Positions 9,747 to 19,556 of a stretch of DNA of 64,000 nt are shown here, piece by piece. A program made the position numbers and the translations under genes. This stretch comes from an uncultured Candidatus Saccharibacteria bacterium (GTDB taxonomy: Bacteria; Patescibacteriota; Minisyncoccia; Phycocordibacterales; SBAW01). Below the pieces are notes generated by a model. That model did no database searches. It had not been told where the DNA came from and saw nothing but the letters and a program-made list of their open reading frames with translations. Where the stretch lies: assembly GCA_964650645.1 (NCBI GenBank), contig CAZYUH010000001.1, positions 79,373 through 143,372 on the forward strand. Reading direction: 5' to 3'. How positions within the stretch are numbered: position 1 is the first letter of the stretch; each line of letters opens with the position of its first letter.

Positions 9747-10565
9747 TTAGGCGGTTTGGAGCTGCTCGCGCTTGATCGGATACCACTCGAGTTCTGACTT
9801 CCAGAGGGAATACCTCTTTGGCCTTTCGGACACATCGAACCCCTTTCCGTGGGCGCACTGGCCGAACAAGTGGGATCCTTGCAGATCTACCAGCACTTCG
9901 CTGCTGGTTAGGTTTTCATCGGGAATGAGGCCGAGATGCACGTCCCATGGCATGAGGCGGTAATTGCGGGCAAATGCCTCCTCAATGCTTACCAGTTTGT
10001 GCTTATTGCATTCGAAATTTTCTGCAATACGCTCGTCCCACCACTGGAGATGCTTTTCCCACGCTTCACGCTCCCTACGCATTTGCTCTTCCGTATATTC
10101 CTGGTAACACGGGCGGCAATGATCGAGCTCTTCCTCAAGCGTGAGGAATGGGCCGATGAGTTCTTCGAATCTCCTGAATACCGGCAGAGGACACTCGATC
10201 GAGCGCCAACTATCGACATACGGGGTCCCTCCAGGCTGACGCTCATCATCCTTAAGGAAGAGTGCCTTGAAACAGTAATATCCGCGAGAAGCGCCGTGGC
10301 CGCTCCCATTATGGGTCTGCATATCGCAGAAGCGCACATCATGCCAGCCAAATCCTTCTTTTCGGCGGATACGGCTAATGACTTCTCGCGCGCAAAGCAC
10401 CAAGCTTTGCCCGTACTGGGGACTCGTGCTGAACACGCAGATCGGGCCAGGAATATGCGGGCCTCCGTCGTCGAAGATCGCATACTCCAGTTCGACGTCG
10501 TGGCCTGAATGCCCATCGTGATAGGCAAGATGCTTCAGATAAGGAAGTTCTGTTATCTGGTCCAT
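9747..10565 (-). CDS. Hypothetical protein
   Basis: 272-aa ORF, SD AGGAGG, TTGACA upstream; lower GC than the core genes. Confidence 0.7.
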   Translation of the reverse strand: MDQITELPYLKHLAYHDGHSGHDVELEYAIFDDGGPHIPGPICVFSTSPQYGQSLVLCAREVISRIRRKEGFGWHDVRFCDMQTHNGSGHGASRGYYCFKALFLKDDERQPGGTPYVDSWRSIECPLPVFRRFEELIGPFLTLEEELDHCRPCYQEYTEEQMRREREAWEKHLQWWDERIAENFECNKHKLVSIEEAFARNYRLMPWDVHLGLIPDENLTSSEVLVDLQGSHLFGQCAHGKGFDVSERPKRYSLWKSELEWYPIKREQLQTA

Positions 10566-10664
10566 CGGACCCTCCTGTTAGTTTGAGTGGATTATGAAAG
10601 AATAGTTCTGTTATAAATTATATACTATTTATATCTATTTGTCAAGTATCGAAAAAACAGGACG

Positions 10665-10752
10665 TTAAGCACCCGAAACGACGCCCCTGAAGTGCCTCCA
10701 GATCTCGACCATCGCCAGGGTGTCGAGCTTGCAGTACTCGAGCATGCCCTTA
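10665..10752 (-). pseudogene. 3' remnant of a DUF2779-type nuclease gene
   Basis: Manual translation KGMLEYCKLDTLAMVEIWRHFRGVVSGA* matches the LxYCxLDTLAMVxI C-terminus typical of DUF2779 proteins; host-like GC-rich codons. Confidence 0.7.
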
Positions 10753-10795
10753 GAAATTATCCTCTTGCATCTGCAAGCAGACATTCAAAGCAACA

Positions 10796-13700
10796 TTAAT
10801 CTGAAAGATCTACCAATTTACAAAAAACATTCAGTAACATCATTTCGCTTATAGAGCCCGCCTCTGCGCTGGCTATCCGGGGATCAGCGACCACAACAGC
10901 CAGACACTGAGCTCTAGATATGGCCACATTGACTCGGTTACGATCGAGAATAAAGGCAAGGCCGCGCGAACCGTACTCCCCAAAACTAGAACAGAGCGAG
11001 AGGATGCAAACAGGTGCTTCTTGCCCCTGGAACTTGTCCACACTGCCGACGCGGGCACCGACCGGCAACTCAGCTTGTAGCGCTCGAACCTGCGCATTAT
11101 AGGGAGCAATGAAGAGAAAGTCCTCTAGCGTCAAAGGTCTTACGGTTCCATCGGAAGCCGTGTAAAGACGCCCTACCATCTCTTCATAGACTGCCACCAC
11201 CCTCCTTACCTCTTCATGGCTCTGCTGAATATTTCCATCATGCACAACGCCGCTAAACACAATGCCATGCTCTTTGACCACCAAACTGGCACTGGCCGGT
11301 ACTATAATTCTCTGATTAAGACAGTCGATATAGGAGCCCAAGCGTCCCTCGTAAATGCTTTCCGATATAAACCGGCAGACTGACGGGTGCATACGACGGG
11401 ATTCTCCAAGAAAGAGTCCGTAATCCAAAGGCACAACGGCGTGATAGATAGGCAGGTCTGCTTGGCTGGCTTTTAAATCCTTAAGGGCATATTGCAAGGA
11501 CGAAAGACCCGCATCGCCAGGATGTGTTCCCTGTATGGGTTGCTCAAGCTGCATCTGGTCTCCAAGAAGGACCATGTTTTGTGCGGCTCGGGACATTGCG
11601 ATAGCGTTTGCGAGCGATACTTGCCCAGCCTCATCTATGAAAAGAAAATCCAAAGCGCCCTCCCATTCAGGCAAGGTGAAGAGCCATGCAGTACCGCCGA
11701 CGACTCCGGAAGTGTAAGCTCCGCGAGCATCTTTATTACTTTGGATGTGCTTGAACGCGGGGTTATCCGAAAATAACGCGCCCTCATCATCTCCCCCAAC
11801 CTTTATTCCATTAAAGACTTCTCCCTGCTCCCTGACGGCCTCGCCGCAAGCGACAAGCAGATTTACAACGGCTTTGTGGCTATTTGAAGCGACACCGACT
11901 TTCTTCCCGGCCGCAAGCAGAGCTTTTATGACACGCGCTGCCGTATAAGTCTTGCCTGTACCGGGAGGCCCCTGAACAACAAGGCAGCCACCAGCCATCG
12001 AGCCCGTTACCCTGATGCCCGCATCGACAGTGACCTCTCCGGACTGTTGCAGAACAAGTGCAGGAGATATCCGCTGCAATAAGGAAACAACGGGAAGATG
12101 CAGGCCTTCTGAAAGATGCCGTACGGCCACTTCTGTCAGCGCTTTTTGTATTGAAGTCGCAGGCACGTACTCATAAGGAATCAGCGAACCGCGCTGAGGA
12201 AAGGCGCCATCGAACTTCTCATCCAAAGCCCTGTTCCCAATCTTAAGCTGGAGGGTACCCTCAGCCATATCCAAGCCCACCAAGGTTAGCTTTCCTTCAA
12301 TATTGTGCGTAAACATTACGGAAGTCTTGCCATCTCCAGCAAGCTTGCATTCCTGAGACGGGTCGAATTTGTATGTTTGTACCAGTGATTGCTTTTCGGC
12401 AACTGGCGATCCTACGGCCTGGACCCCCTGCATGCATCCGGAATCATCGCGCAGCTCTTCAGCAGTCGCCTCGACGCGATCGAACATGCGCCACCACACA
12501 GGCTTCTCTTCCCGTCGGTGAAAATCAATCAGGTCAGCAAGCGTTACGGACAGATAATCGCTCCGCTTGCGTAAATTAACAACCGCCTCCTGTCGCGCGA
12601 TAACTTCCGGCGGCACTTCCTTTGGAGTCTCTGAAGAGGAGCCGGTTGCCATTGAGGGCCGAGACACCGCGATATTATGTTCGCTTGCAATCCTTCTTAG
12701 CCATTGCAGCAGCTCAACAGTGGACTTGCAGTCGTCTTCATTGTAGTCGCGGATGCTCTTGAGGAGCGGGCTTTCCTGCCAATTATGTGGCTGCCTACTT
12801 TCCATCCAGTTTGCATACTGCACTATGGAATCGACCGCAGTACCAACCTCAGTTGTACGATGCGGCCTGTAGAGATGCTCGACCGACTTGATAGAGTAGC
12901 TATCCTCGCCGATGCGCAATCCGTGCCGAACAATCTTGTACAGGTCCACAAAGACCCCGGCGCGGAGCAAGGCATCAACTTCGTCCTGCCTGGTGTCATG
13001 ACGGGTACTCAAGCGGCTTACCGCGCTCTCTTCGTAAGCGGCGTAGTGGTAGATATGCATGCCGGGGTTTTCCCTCCAGCGCTTATGCACCCAGTCTATA
13101 AAACCCTCAAACGCGGATTTTTCCTCTTCACGGCTGTGCGCCCACCAGTCGACAAAATTTAGTTCTCCAGACGGGTCACGGAAAGAGACCCCGAAAAGAT
13201 ACTCTAGTCCGCCAGGAACAAGCGGGTACCCTTCCATATCGAAAAAGACATCTGCCTGATGATCAGGCGGGAGCGCAGCAAGTCCCACAGGCACCCCGTT
13301 CTCTCCGACCTGAGACAGCAGCTCATATCGTGCCGGCGCACTAGCGTTGCCTAACCGATCATCGCGCGTCTGACACTGCAAGCGAGCTTGCCCCACTAGC
13401 TTTTTCATCGAGTCTTCCGCAAGCCTGGGAACGGACTTGCCCGATGCCGCAGCAAGTCCTGCCATCGTTGTAATGCCCGCCCCTTTTAGCTTTTTTATCT
13501 GACCAACTGTTATATTGGCCACCCTCGCGAGAGAGTCCGTATCATCGAAAAATTGATTTGCGTGCGACCCCCAGCAACCATGTCCGGCGCCAAGCACAGG
13601 TTCCGGCCTATCAACCATATTTCCAGTAAAGCCGTCCTGGAGAGCAAGGAAGCTTTTCTTTAGTCGCCGGTAGTAGTGGATGAAGTCCTCGACGCGAAAC

Positions 13701-14215
13701 TCCACACGGTCCTTGTTGCCAAGTATCACGCCAAACTTTTCCGGCATTGGTTCGCCAGTCGCCGCAGCAAGCATCTCTGAGTAGCAACAGAGTTGGATGA
13801 TGTAGTAAGGCTTCGGGGAACGGGCGAGCTTAGTGTCCCATATCTGGTAATGCCCCGATTCGTCGAGTATAAGAAAGTCAGCAAAACCCGCAAATTGCCC
13901 CTCATTCAAGGCGGCTTGATAGATGATGGGGGCTTTTGCTTTGATAGCCGCGATAGTAGCTTCTCGGGCAGCAGCTACGTCCTTTTTAGAAATCTCTACC
14001 AAGCCGGGCTCAGCCGCCTTAAACTCCTCAAGTATCATGCGCTCATGCTCATCCCCCGTGCGAGCAATAAGCTTTTGGTCTTCAGATTCCTCATCAGGCG
14101 ATACTGCTTTTGGGTTTTCCAAATAATAGCGATCCATCCAAGAGGCAAAGGATGATTTGACATAGCAAACCAAATCGCTTGGAGAATATACGAGTTTTCC
14201 GGATATTTTTTTCAT
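10796..14215 (-). CDS. TM0106-family RecB-like nuclease fused to RNase H-like and SF1 (DNA2/NAM7-like) helicase domains
   Basis: YSPSDL, GFADFL..WDTKL..QLCCY, FFDMEG..YNEDDC, QGPPGTGKT, IDEAGQ, GDQMQL, VDKFQGQE, RVNVAISRA. Confidence 0.92.
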   Translation of the reverse strand: MKKISGKLVYSPSDLVCYVKSSFASWMDRYYLENPKAVSPDEESEDQKLIARTGDEHERMILEEFKAAEPGLVEISKKDVAAAREATIAAIKAKAPIIYQAALNEGQFAGFADFLILDESGHYQIWDTKLARSPKPYYIIQLCCYSEMLAAATGEPMPEKFGVILGNKDRVEFRVEDFIHYYRRLKKSFLALQDGFTGNMVDRPEPVLGAGHGCWGSHANQFFDDTDSLARVANITVGQIKKLKGAGITTMAGLAAASGKSVPRLAEDSMKKLVGQARLQCQTRDDRLGNASAPARYELLSQVGENGVPVGLAALPPDHQADVFFDMEGYPLVPGGLEYLFGVSFRDPSGELNFVDWWAHSREEEKSAFEGFIDWVHKRWRENPGMHIYHYAAYEESAVSRLSTRHDTRQDEVDALLRAGVFVDLYKIVRHGLRIGEDSYSIKSVEHLYRPHRTTEVGTAVDSIVQYANWMESRQPHNWQESPLLKSIRDYNEDDCKSTVELLQWLRRIASEHNIAVSRPSMATGSSSETPKEVPPEVIARQEAVVNLRKRSDYLSVTLADLIDFHRREEKPVWWRMFDRVEATAEELRDDSGCMQGVQAVGSPVAEKQSLVQTYKFDPSQECKLAGDGKTSVMFTHNIEGKLTLVGLDMAEGTLQLKIGNRALDEKFDGAFPQRGSLIPYEYVPATSIQKALTEVAVRHLSEGLHLPVVSLLQRISPALVLQQSGEVTVDAGIRVTGSMAGGCLVVQGPPGTGKTYTAARVIKALLAAGKKVGVASNSHKAVVNLLVACGEAVREQGEVFNGIKVGGDDEGALFSDNPAFKHIQSNKDARGAYTSGVVGGTAWLFTLPEWEGALDFLFIDEAGQVSLANAIAMSRAAQNMVLLGDQMQLEQPIQGTHPGDAGLSSLQYALKDLKASQADLPIYHAVVPLDYGLFLGESRRMHPSVCRFISESIYEGRLGSYIDCLNQRIIVPASASLVVKEHGIVFSGVVHDGNIQQSHEEVRRVVAVYEEMVGRLYTASDGTVRPLTLEDFLFIAPYNAQVRALQAELPVGARVGSVDKFQGQEAPVCILSLCSSFGEYGSRGLAFILDRNRVNVAISRAQCLAVVVADPRIASAEAGSISEMMLLNVFCKLVDLSD

Positions 14216-14321
14216 ACCACCCCTGGGGCCATACGTAGTGCAAACAGTAGCGCCTAAGAGCCGCCAGGGCAATACACAAATCATGGACTACATAGTTAAT
14301 TGCGCAATTAGGCCGGCAGCC

Positions 14322-14603
14322 CTACCAACCCACGCTTGTTACCAATCCGATCGAGCCTAGTATGCCCGCAACGCGCTCGCAATCCGCTCTTATGCCGCGA
14401 TATACGACCGCGCTGCCGCTGGTGTGGACGATATTCGCCAGCTGCGCCGCAGCCGCGGCCGAACATCCCGTCGCCTTAATCAATTGGCCTATTACGTCGT
14501 CAAAGGTGTGGCACTCGCAATTAAAAAGGGTCGTCTTCCACCCGGCGACAGTTGCGCCAAAATCAAGCTCAATCTTAATGATATTTTCGACTTTAGGTTC
14601 CAT
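14322..14603 (-). CDS. ClpS-like adaptor protein
   Basis: WKTTLFNCECHTFDDVI..ANIVHTSGSAVV fits the ClpS pattern. Confidence 0.75.
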   Translation of the reverse strand: MEPKVENIIKIELDFGATVAGWKTTLFNCECHTFDDVIGQLIKATGCSAAAAAQLANIVHTSGSAVVYRGIRADCERVAGILGSIGLVTSVGW

Positions 14604-14627
14604 TGTTACAACCACGTAGTTAAACAG

Positions 14628-15050
14628 CTATTTGCCCTTCAGCGCAATCGCGATCCGCTCGACGGACCTAACCGGCTTTTTCTTTACGTCGTGCTCCCAT
14701 ATCCTTACGACCTTCCAGCCGAGCTTTTTGAGCTTGGCGTTATTCCTGCGGTCGCGGCGCATATTCTCCTTGATTTTCGGGAGCCAGTATTTCTTTGGCA
14801 GCCTCTTGCCCTGGTTCTTGAACTTATACCCGTGCCAGAAGGCCCCGTCCATGAACACGGCAACCTTCTTGGACACGAACACGATATCCGGCCTCCCGGG
14901 GAGCTTGCGGTAATGGATCCTGTAGCGGTAGCCCTTCTTGTAGAGCGCGGCGCTCACCAGCTTCCGCAGGGCGATCTCGGGCTTGATATTCTTGGAGCGT
15001 ATGAGCGACATGATCTCGCTCCGCCTCTCCTTGGAAAAGATGTCGGCCAT
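14628..15050 (-). CDS. vsr: Very short patch repair endonuclease
   Basis: MADIFSKERRSEIMSLIRSKNIKPE, LPGRPDIV, DGAFWHG, GWKVVRIWEH. Confidence 0.95.
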   Translation of the reverse strand: MADIFSKERRSEIMSLIRSKNIKPEIALRKLVSAALYKKGYRYRIHYRKLPGRPDIVFVSKKVAVFMDGAFWHGYKFKNQGKRLPKKYWLPKIKENMRRDRRNNAKLKKLGWKVVRIWEHDVKKKPVRSVERIAIALKGK

Positions 15051-15093
15051 CTCAAGCAAGCATACCCCGCCGGCCACACAAATGCCGCCAAAT

Positions 15094-15300
15094 CTATCTA
15101 AACAGGTCCCTGGTCGAAACTCCTAAAGATATTGCCAATTTCTCAATAGTTTGAAGAGTAATGTTTTTCTTACCGCACTCAATCCTGCTTACATAAGCCT
15201 TGTCTGCACCTAGAAGTTTCGCTAGGTCTTCTTGGGACAATCCCTTCTTAATTCTCAACTGCTTAATTGTGTACCCAAAACGGGAAAAAATGGTCTGCAT
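15094..15300 (-). CDS. XRE-family HTH regulator (RM controller-like)
   Basis: IKQLRIKKGLSQEDLA..YVSRIECGKKNITL; divergent from the MTase gene. Confidence 0.88.
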   Translation of the reverse strand: MQTIFSRFGYTIKQLRIKKGLSQEDLAKLLGADKAYVSRIECGKKNITLQTIEKLAISLGVSTRDLFR

Positions 15301-15337
15301 CCTTATTCACACCATAAACCCTTTTTATTTGATAGCA

Positions 15338-15357
15338 AGTTGTATCATAATACAACT
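15338..15357. promoter_or_regulatory. Palindromic operator candidate between controller and MTase
   Basis: AGTTGTAT-cata-ATACAACT, a perfect 8-bp inverted repeat in the divergent intergenic region. Confidence 0.6.
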
Positions 15358-15426
15358 ATAGCAAATTGGAGGCTTTTCGGAAGATTATTTTGCTTGATAG
15401 GCTGAGAAAGATATAATTTACACTCT

Positions 15427-16494
15427 ATGGCTTCTCTTAAAAATAAGAAACCAACAATCATAAGCCTCTTTGCAGGGGCTGGCGGACTAGATATCGGCAT
15501 GAAGCAAGCCGGATATCACGTTGCTGTTGCGCTAGATTTTGACCACGATAGCTGCGAAACCTTAAAGACCAATTTCAAGGACTCTGCAGTTATCGAAGGC
15601 GATATTACACAAGTATCGACTGAGCAAATCCTTGAAGCTGGAGGTTTAAAGGTCGGCGAAGTGGATCTTTTAATCGGAGGACCTCCATGCCAACCATTCT
15701 CAAAATCCGCATTTTGGAATGGTTCAAAGGGTTTAAAAGACCCCAGGGCCGTAACCCTTCATGAGTATGTTCGAGTCTTACGGGATACAAAGCCTAAGGC
15801 TTTTCTTTTGGAGAATGTGTTTGGTCTTCTATACAAAAACAACAGCGACGCATTTTCTTTTTTGCAGGACGAATTCGGAAAGCTGGGGTACGAAATTGTT
15901 TACAAGGTAGTTAATACTGCGGACTACGGAGTACCGCAAACCCGCCAACGCTTGATCATACTCGGATCCAGGAAAGGCAGACTAGCATTCCCTGAGCAGA
16001 CCCACCGCGACCCTTTGAAGGAAGAGGGGCTGACATTATTCGAGAAAAAATTACCGACCTACATTACAGCAAAAGAAGCATTTAAGGGATTGAGACACGA
16101 CTGGAAGGAAGTGCCGGCAGAATTAACTGTAAATGGAAAGTGGGGCCATTTATTGAAAGATATTCCACCCGGAGATAACTATCTTTTCTATACTGAGAAG
16201 AAGGGGCATCCAAATCCCCTATTCGAATGGCGCTCTCGCTATTGGACCTTCCTTCTGAAGTTAGATCCAAAAAGACCATCTTGGACCATCCAGGCTCAAC
16301 CGGGGCCTTACGTCGGGCCATTTCACTGGGACAATCGGAGAATGACTCTTGCGGAACGGAAAAGGATACAAACTTTCCCCGATAACTACATATTTGTTGG
16401 CAAGAGAGGTTCTGTGCAGAAGCAAATCGGCAATGCTGTCCCTTCAGAACTAGGGCGAGTTTTAGGCAAGGCGATTAAGGATCAATTATTTTAA
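15427..16494 (+). CDS. DNA (cytosine-5)-methyltransferase
   Basis: SLFAGAGG, GGPPCQPFS, LLENV, YGVPQTRQR, IQTFP, QIGNAVP. Confidence 0.97.
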   Translation: MASLKNKKPTIISLFAGAGGLDIGMKQAGYHVAVALDFDHDSCETLKTNFKDSAVIEGDITQVSTEQILEAGGLKVGEVDLLIGGPPCQPFSKSAFWNGSKGLKDPRAVTLHEYVRVLRDTKPKAFLLENVFGLLYKNNSDAFSFLQDEFGKLGYEIVYKVVNTADYGVPQTRQRLIILGSRKGRLAFPEQTHRDPLKEEGLTLFEKKLPTYITAKEAFKGLRHDWKEVPAELTVNGKWGHLLKDIPPGDNYLFYTEKKGHPNPLFEWRSRYWTFLLKLDPKRPSWTIQAQPGPYVGPFHWDNRRMTLAERKRIQTFPDNYIFVGKRGSVQKQIGNAVPSELGRVLGKAIKDQLF

Positions 16495-17157
16495 AGCTTT
16501 CTCACCTCGGCGAGGTATTCTTGCCCAGTGGTCATAAAATTCTTGCCGCGATTTGAATTCGCCACGCTCTTCGCGAATGCGGTCTATCTCCATTACCGCA
16601 CCAACGTAGTCTCGTGTAGCGCTAGAAGCCGTATGCGATGCGACTTTCCACGGCTCAACAACAAGAAGCTCAAAATTGCTTACCTTATTGGCTGCCGCAT
16701 CAACATCAAAAATGGCTATCAAATCTATATGATGCGTATAGTCGGCAAAGGGGCGAATAGTCTGTGGGAATTTCTTATCCTGATGCTTTAAGTAGGTCCC
16801 GAAGGAGTACAGGGTTATTCGAGACTGAGTACGGTTGGGATTACGACCACGTCTTGCCGCCTTAATATCGAGGGCGACCAACGCGTTCTTAAAATGCTCC
16901 CCCGTCAACTCCAAGTCCGGATAGTGGCGCATGCCACCTTCCGTTACGGACACGCTCTTCAGCTTATCCGTCTTACGCTTGAGATGAGCAATAAGGGCCC
17001 CTTCGATAATATTACCTAGTGTTCCAGGTTCAAGATCCAGGGGAATAATTTCTCCCGTACTAGTGGCAAAACCGATAATATCGAATACGAAGTCCGAGTA
17101 CATTTCACGCACCCACGCCTTCATTTCGTTCACATTGGCTTTTTTGAGACTTGCCAT
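16486..17157 (-). CDS. Type II restriction endonuclease, EcoRV-like PD-(D/E)xK fold
   Basis: HYPDLEL..ALDIK..ITLYSFGTY; convergent with the MTase and overlapping it by 9 bp. Confidence 0.75.
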   Translation of the reverse strand: MASLKKANVNEMKAWVREMYSDFVFDIIGFATSTGEIIPLDLEPGTLGNIIEGALIAHLKRKTDKLKSVSVTEGGMRHYPDLELTGEHFKNALVALDIKAARRGRNPNRTQSRITLYSFGTYLKHQDKKFPQTIRPFADYTHHIDLIAIFDVDAAANKVSNFELLVVEPWKVASHTASSATRDYVGAVMEIDRIREERGEFKSRQEFYDHWARIPRRGEKALK

Positions 17158-17343
17158 AATGCTATCCTACACCGGTATCTTATTTATTGACAGAGCTTAG
17201 ATTTTATACCACTATCTCAAAATTACACAGGTTATTACGTAATCGGAAATAAAAAAGCTGCCTCATAGCGCCCACAAGAGCCTCATGTTTATTAGGATTA
17301 TTGGCTGCAGATCCCTTTTGCAAAAGTAATTAAATATTAAAGC

Positions 17344-18900
17344 TTACGAAAAACTCAAACCAAACATATCCTGAAGCAGTTTCTCAACTATTGCCTTATA
17401 GTCTTCTACTTGCTGGTCGGTTACGTTTGGAGTTGCCCTGACATGATTTAAATCACATCTCAACTTGTAGTAATATTCTATTTTTTTTAATGTATTGGCA
17501 TCAATAGGTAGAGTCTTAATAACTTCTTTTTGCAAGTCGGATCTATTTTCAATTATTGCCTTAAACTTTGCCGCCCCCAATCCTTGCTCGTTTATTAAGT
17601 ACTCTTTATAAGCAATGTCGACGGTACTATCCAATACAATAAGGGCAATTCTATTCTTTTGACTAAAAGGGAACTTCGATATGAGGTCAGCGGCGATGAC
17701 ACTTTCCAGCAGCCCTGCACTCCAGGGCTTCTCGGCAACTATCAACTCATTCGCGCCGATGACTTTTTGATGCCATTTTTGCTTACTTGCCGGCGCTTTT
17801 GGTAAGTAGTTCTTTGGAATGCTAGTAATAGTGTCTAGCTTTTCTTCCAAAACCACGCCAGTTTTATAAGGAAAAACTTGAGTATCCCATTTACCCTGAA
17901 GACTCCTGGATACTTGAGCAAATTTTTTAGTCGCATCAATGACACTCTGTTGCAGAGCCTGGAAGATGGGATGCTTGGTATTAATGCCTGACTTACTACT
18001 GTCCCAAGGCATGTCGCGCGACTGCCCCTTTATTCTTACTATAGTACGCACCAGGGAAATATTGTAATGAGGATTGCCAACCATGCCCGCAGAAAAACCG
18101 ACCGAAAAGTCATTCAACCCTCGTGCAATCAACCTATTGTTACAGTATACAAATACCCCATAAGACTTATCCGGGTCGCCCGGATGGTCAATTAAACCTG
18201 CCAATATCTCAACGTCAACCTCTCTGCCCTCTATCGGTATCACTCCGGAGAACTTTGTAGGGAAAAGGCCGGGCGGATAAGACCATTGGTCATCAAAGTT
18301 TACGGCTTCTATTTTATCTCCATTGATTGTAATCATGGCGCCCCTGTCTAAAAATTTTGAATACACTTCCGATAGATGGACTTTTAAATTAGAAATCCCC
18401 TCCGGGGTCAGATGGACACGAAGCTTACTTAGTTCAATTAAGGTAGTGTACGGGCTGAGAGTGTTATGTGATTCCGCATAAGGGAGCTGCCAGCTTGGAT
18501 CATCTGTAATCCAGTGTTCGTCAAATTTCACTGTATAAGACTTTGCATTTTCATATCTAGAATGAATAGCGATATCCTGCGCTAAAGCAACAACCGCACG
18601 CTTACTGCCCACTCCAAAGTATCCAATTACACCATCACCAACATCGTTTGTTGTTTTGCCCGGACTAACAACATGGTCGAGTTTAGATTCTTCTATTCCT
18701 CCCGCATTGTCTTCTATTGATATAGTCTGCTGGTTTTCATCAATGGATATCTTTATCTCTAAATCAGCGCGCTTATTTTTTGACCAAAGATCAATAGCGT
18801 TATCGATAAGTTCGCATATTGCACGCTTCAAATCGTATTCTGAAATTATGGAAAGGAATATTCTTTTTTCAGGCGTAGCATCTAATATTTTCGGGTGCAT
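17344..18900 (-). CDS. MORC/GHKL ATPase with a HEPN-like C-terminal domain
   Basis: ELIDNAID, DNAGG, GYFGVGSK (GHKL); GVFVYCNNRLI (S5-like); C-terminal RIALIVLDSTVD...LRCDLNH (Rx4H). Confidence 0.8.
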   Translation of the reverse strand: MHPKILDATPEKRIFLSIISEYDLKRAICELIDNAIDLWSKNKRADLEIKISIDENQQTISIEDNAGGIEESKLDHVVSPGKTTNDVGDGVIGYFGVGSKRAVVALAQDIAIHSRYENAKSYTVKFDEHWITDDPSWQLPYAESHNTLSPYTTLIELSKLRVHLTPEGISNLKVHLSEVYSKFLDRGAMITINGDKIEAVNFDDQWSYPPGLFPTKFSGVIPIEGREVDVEILAGLIDHPGDPDKSYGVFVYCNNRLIARGLNDFSVGFSAGMVGNPHYNISLVRTIVRIKGQSRDMPWDSSKSGINTKHPIFQALQQSVIDATKKFAQVSRSLQGKWDTQVFPYKTGVVLEEKLDTITSIPKNYLPKAPASKQKWHQKVIGANELIVAEKPWSAGLLESVIAADLISKFPFSQKNRIALIVLDSTVDIAYKEYLINEQGLGAAKFKAIIENRSDLQKEVIKTLPIDANTLKKIEYYYKLRCDLNHVRATPNVTDQQVEDYKAIVEKLLQDMFGLSFS

Positions 18901-18972
18901 ATATAAAACAAATCTTACGCACAAAGAATACGCCTTTTAAGGCTCTTTACAAGGCCTCAACAAAGCGACCCA

Positions 18973-19167
18973 TCATTTCCCCTTCCAGTCGCGGATTATG
19001 AGCTTTTTGTTCTTCAGGTCCACTTGCACGGTAAGCTTCTGCTTCTCCTTCCAGCCGAACTCCTTAATAGCCTCCATGGGGAGGCTTATCGAATAGCTCC
19101 TGCCCGCCACCTTGGTGATCTTGCGAACCGGCTTCGCGCTCAAACTCGCCTTGGGTCGTCCTGCCAT
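18973..19167 (-). CDS. AbrB/MazE-like small DNA-binding protein
   Basis: VRKITKVAGRSYSISLPMEAIKEFGWKEKQKL. Confidence 0.7.
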   Translation of the reverse strand: MAGRPKASLSAKPVRKITKVAGRSYSISLPMEAIKEFGWKEKQKLTVQVDLKNKKLIIRDWKGK

Positions 19168-19280
19168 ACCGGCATTTTACACCCAGAATCGCGCAGCTAA
19201 TTGCGCAATTACCATCCCTTTCCTTCTTCTCCTCCCAGCCTCGCCCCTCTCCTCGCTTTCCCCGCCTCACCCCTCCCAAT

Positions 19281-19556
19281 CTATTCTAGTGTTTTGCAAA
19301 ATTCCAGAATAGATTTGCCGCGAGGCGTTATCTTATGCCGGACGCTGTTGCCATCGCTGCGCTTAAGGACCAACCCGGCAATGGCGAGCTTGCGGATATG
19401 GTCCGAGGCGTTGATATAGCCGATACGGAGCCGCTCGGACACCTCGGCAACCGAAAGCTCGGGACTGCGCTGCAATACGTCCAATATCTGCAGCCGGCGG
19501 TGGCTGGCCGCCCCTTTTATAACCCTCTCGATCTTCCTAAAATTCGCCTGCGCCAT
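19281..19556 (-). CDS. ArsR-like winged-HTH regulator
   Basis: RRLQILDVL..LSVAEVSERL..SDHIRKLAIAGLV; ATG 7 nt after TATAGT. Confidence 0.8.
   Translation of the reverse strand: MAQANFRKIERVIKGAASHRRLQILDVLQRSPELSVAEVSERLRIGYINASDHIRKLAIAGLVLKRSDGNSVRHKITPRGKSILEFCKTLE

Noticed and set aside
10796-14215. Cas4/CRISPR association of the RecB-like nuclease
   Set aside because: There is no array or other cas gene, and the architecture matches stand-alone TM0106 nuclease-helicases.
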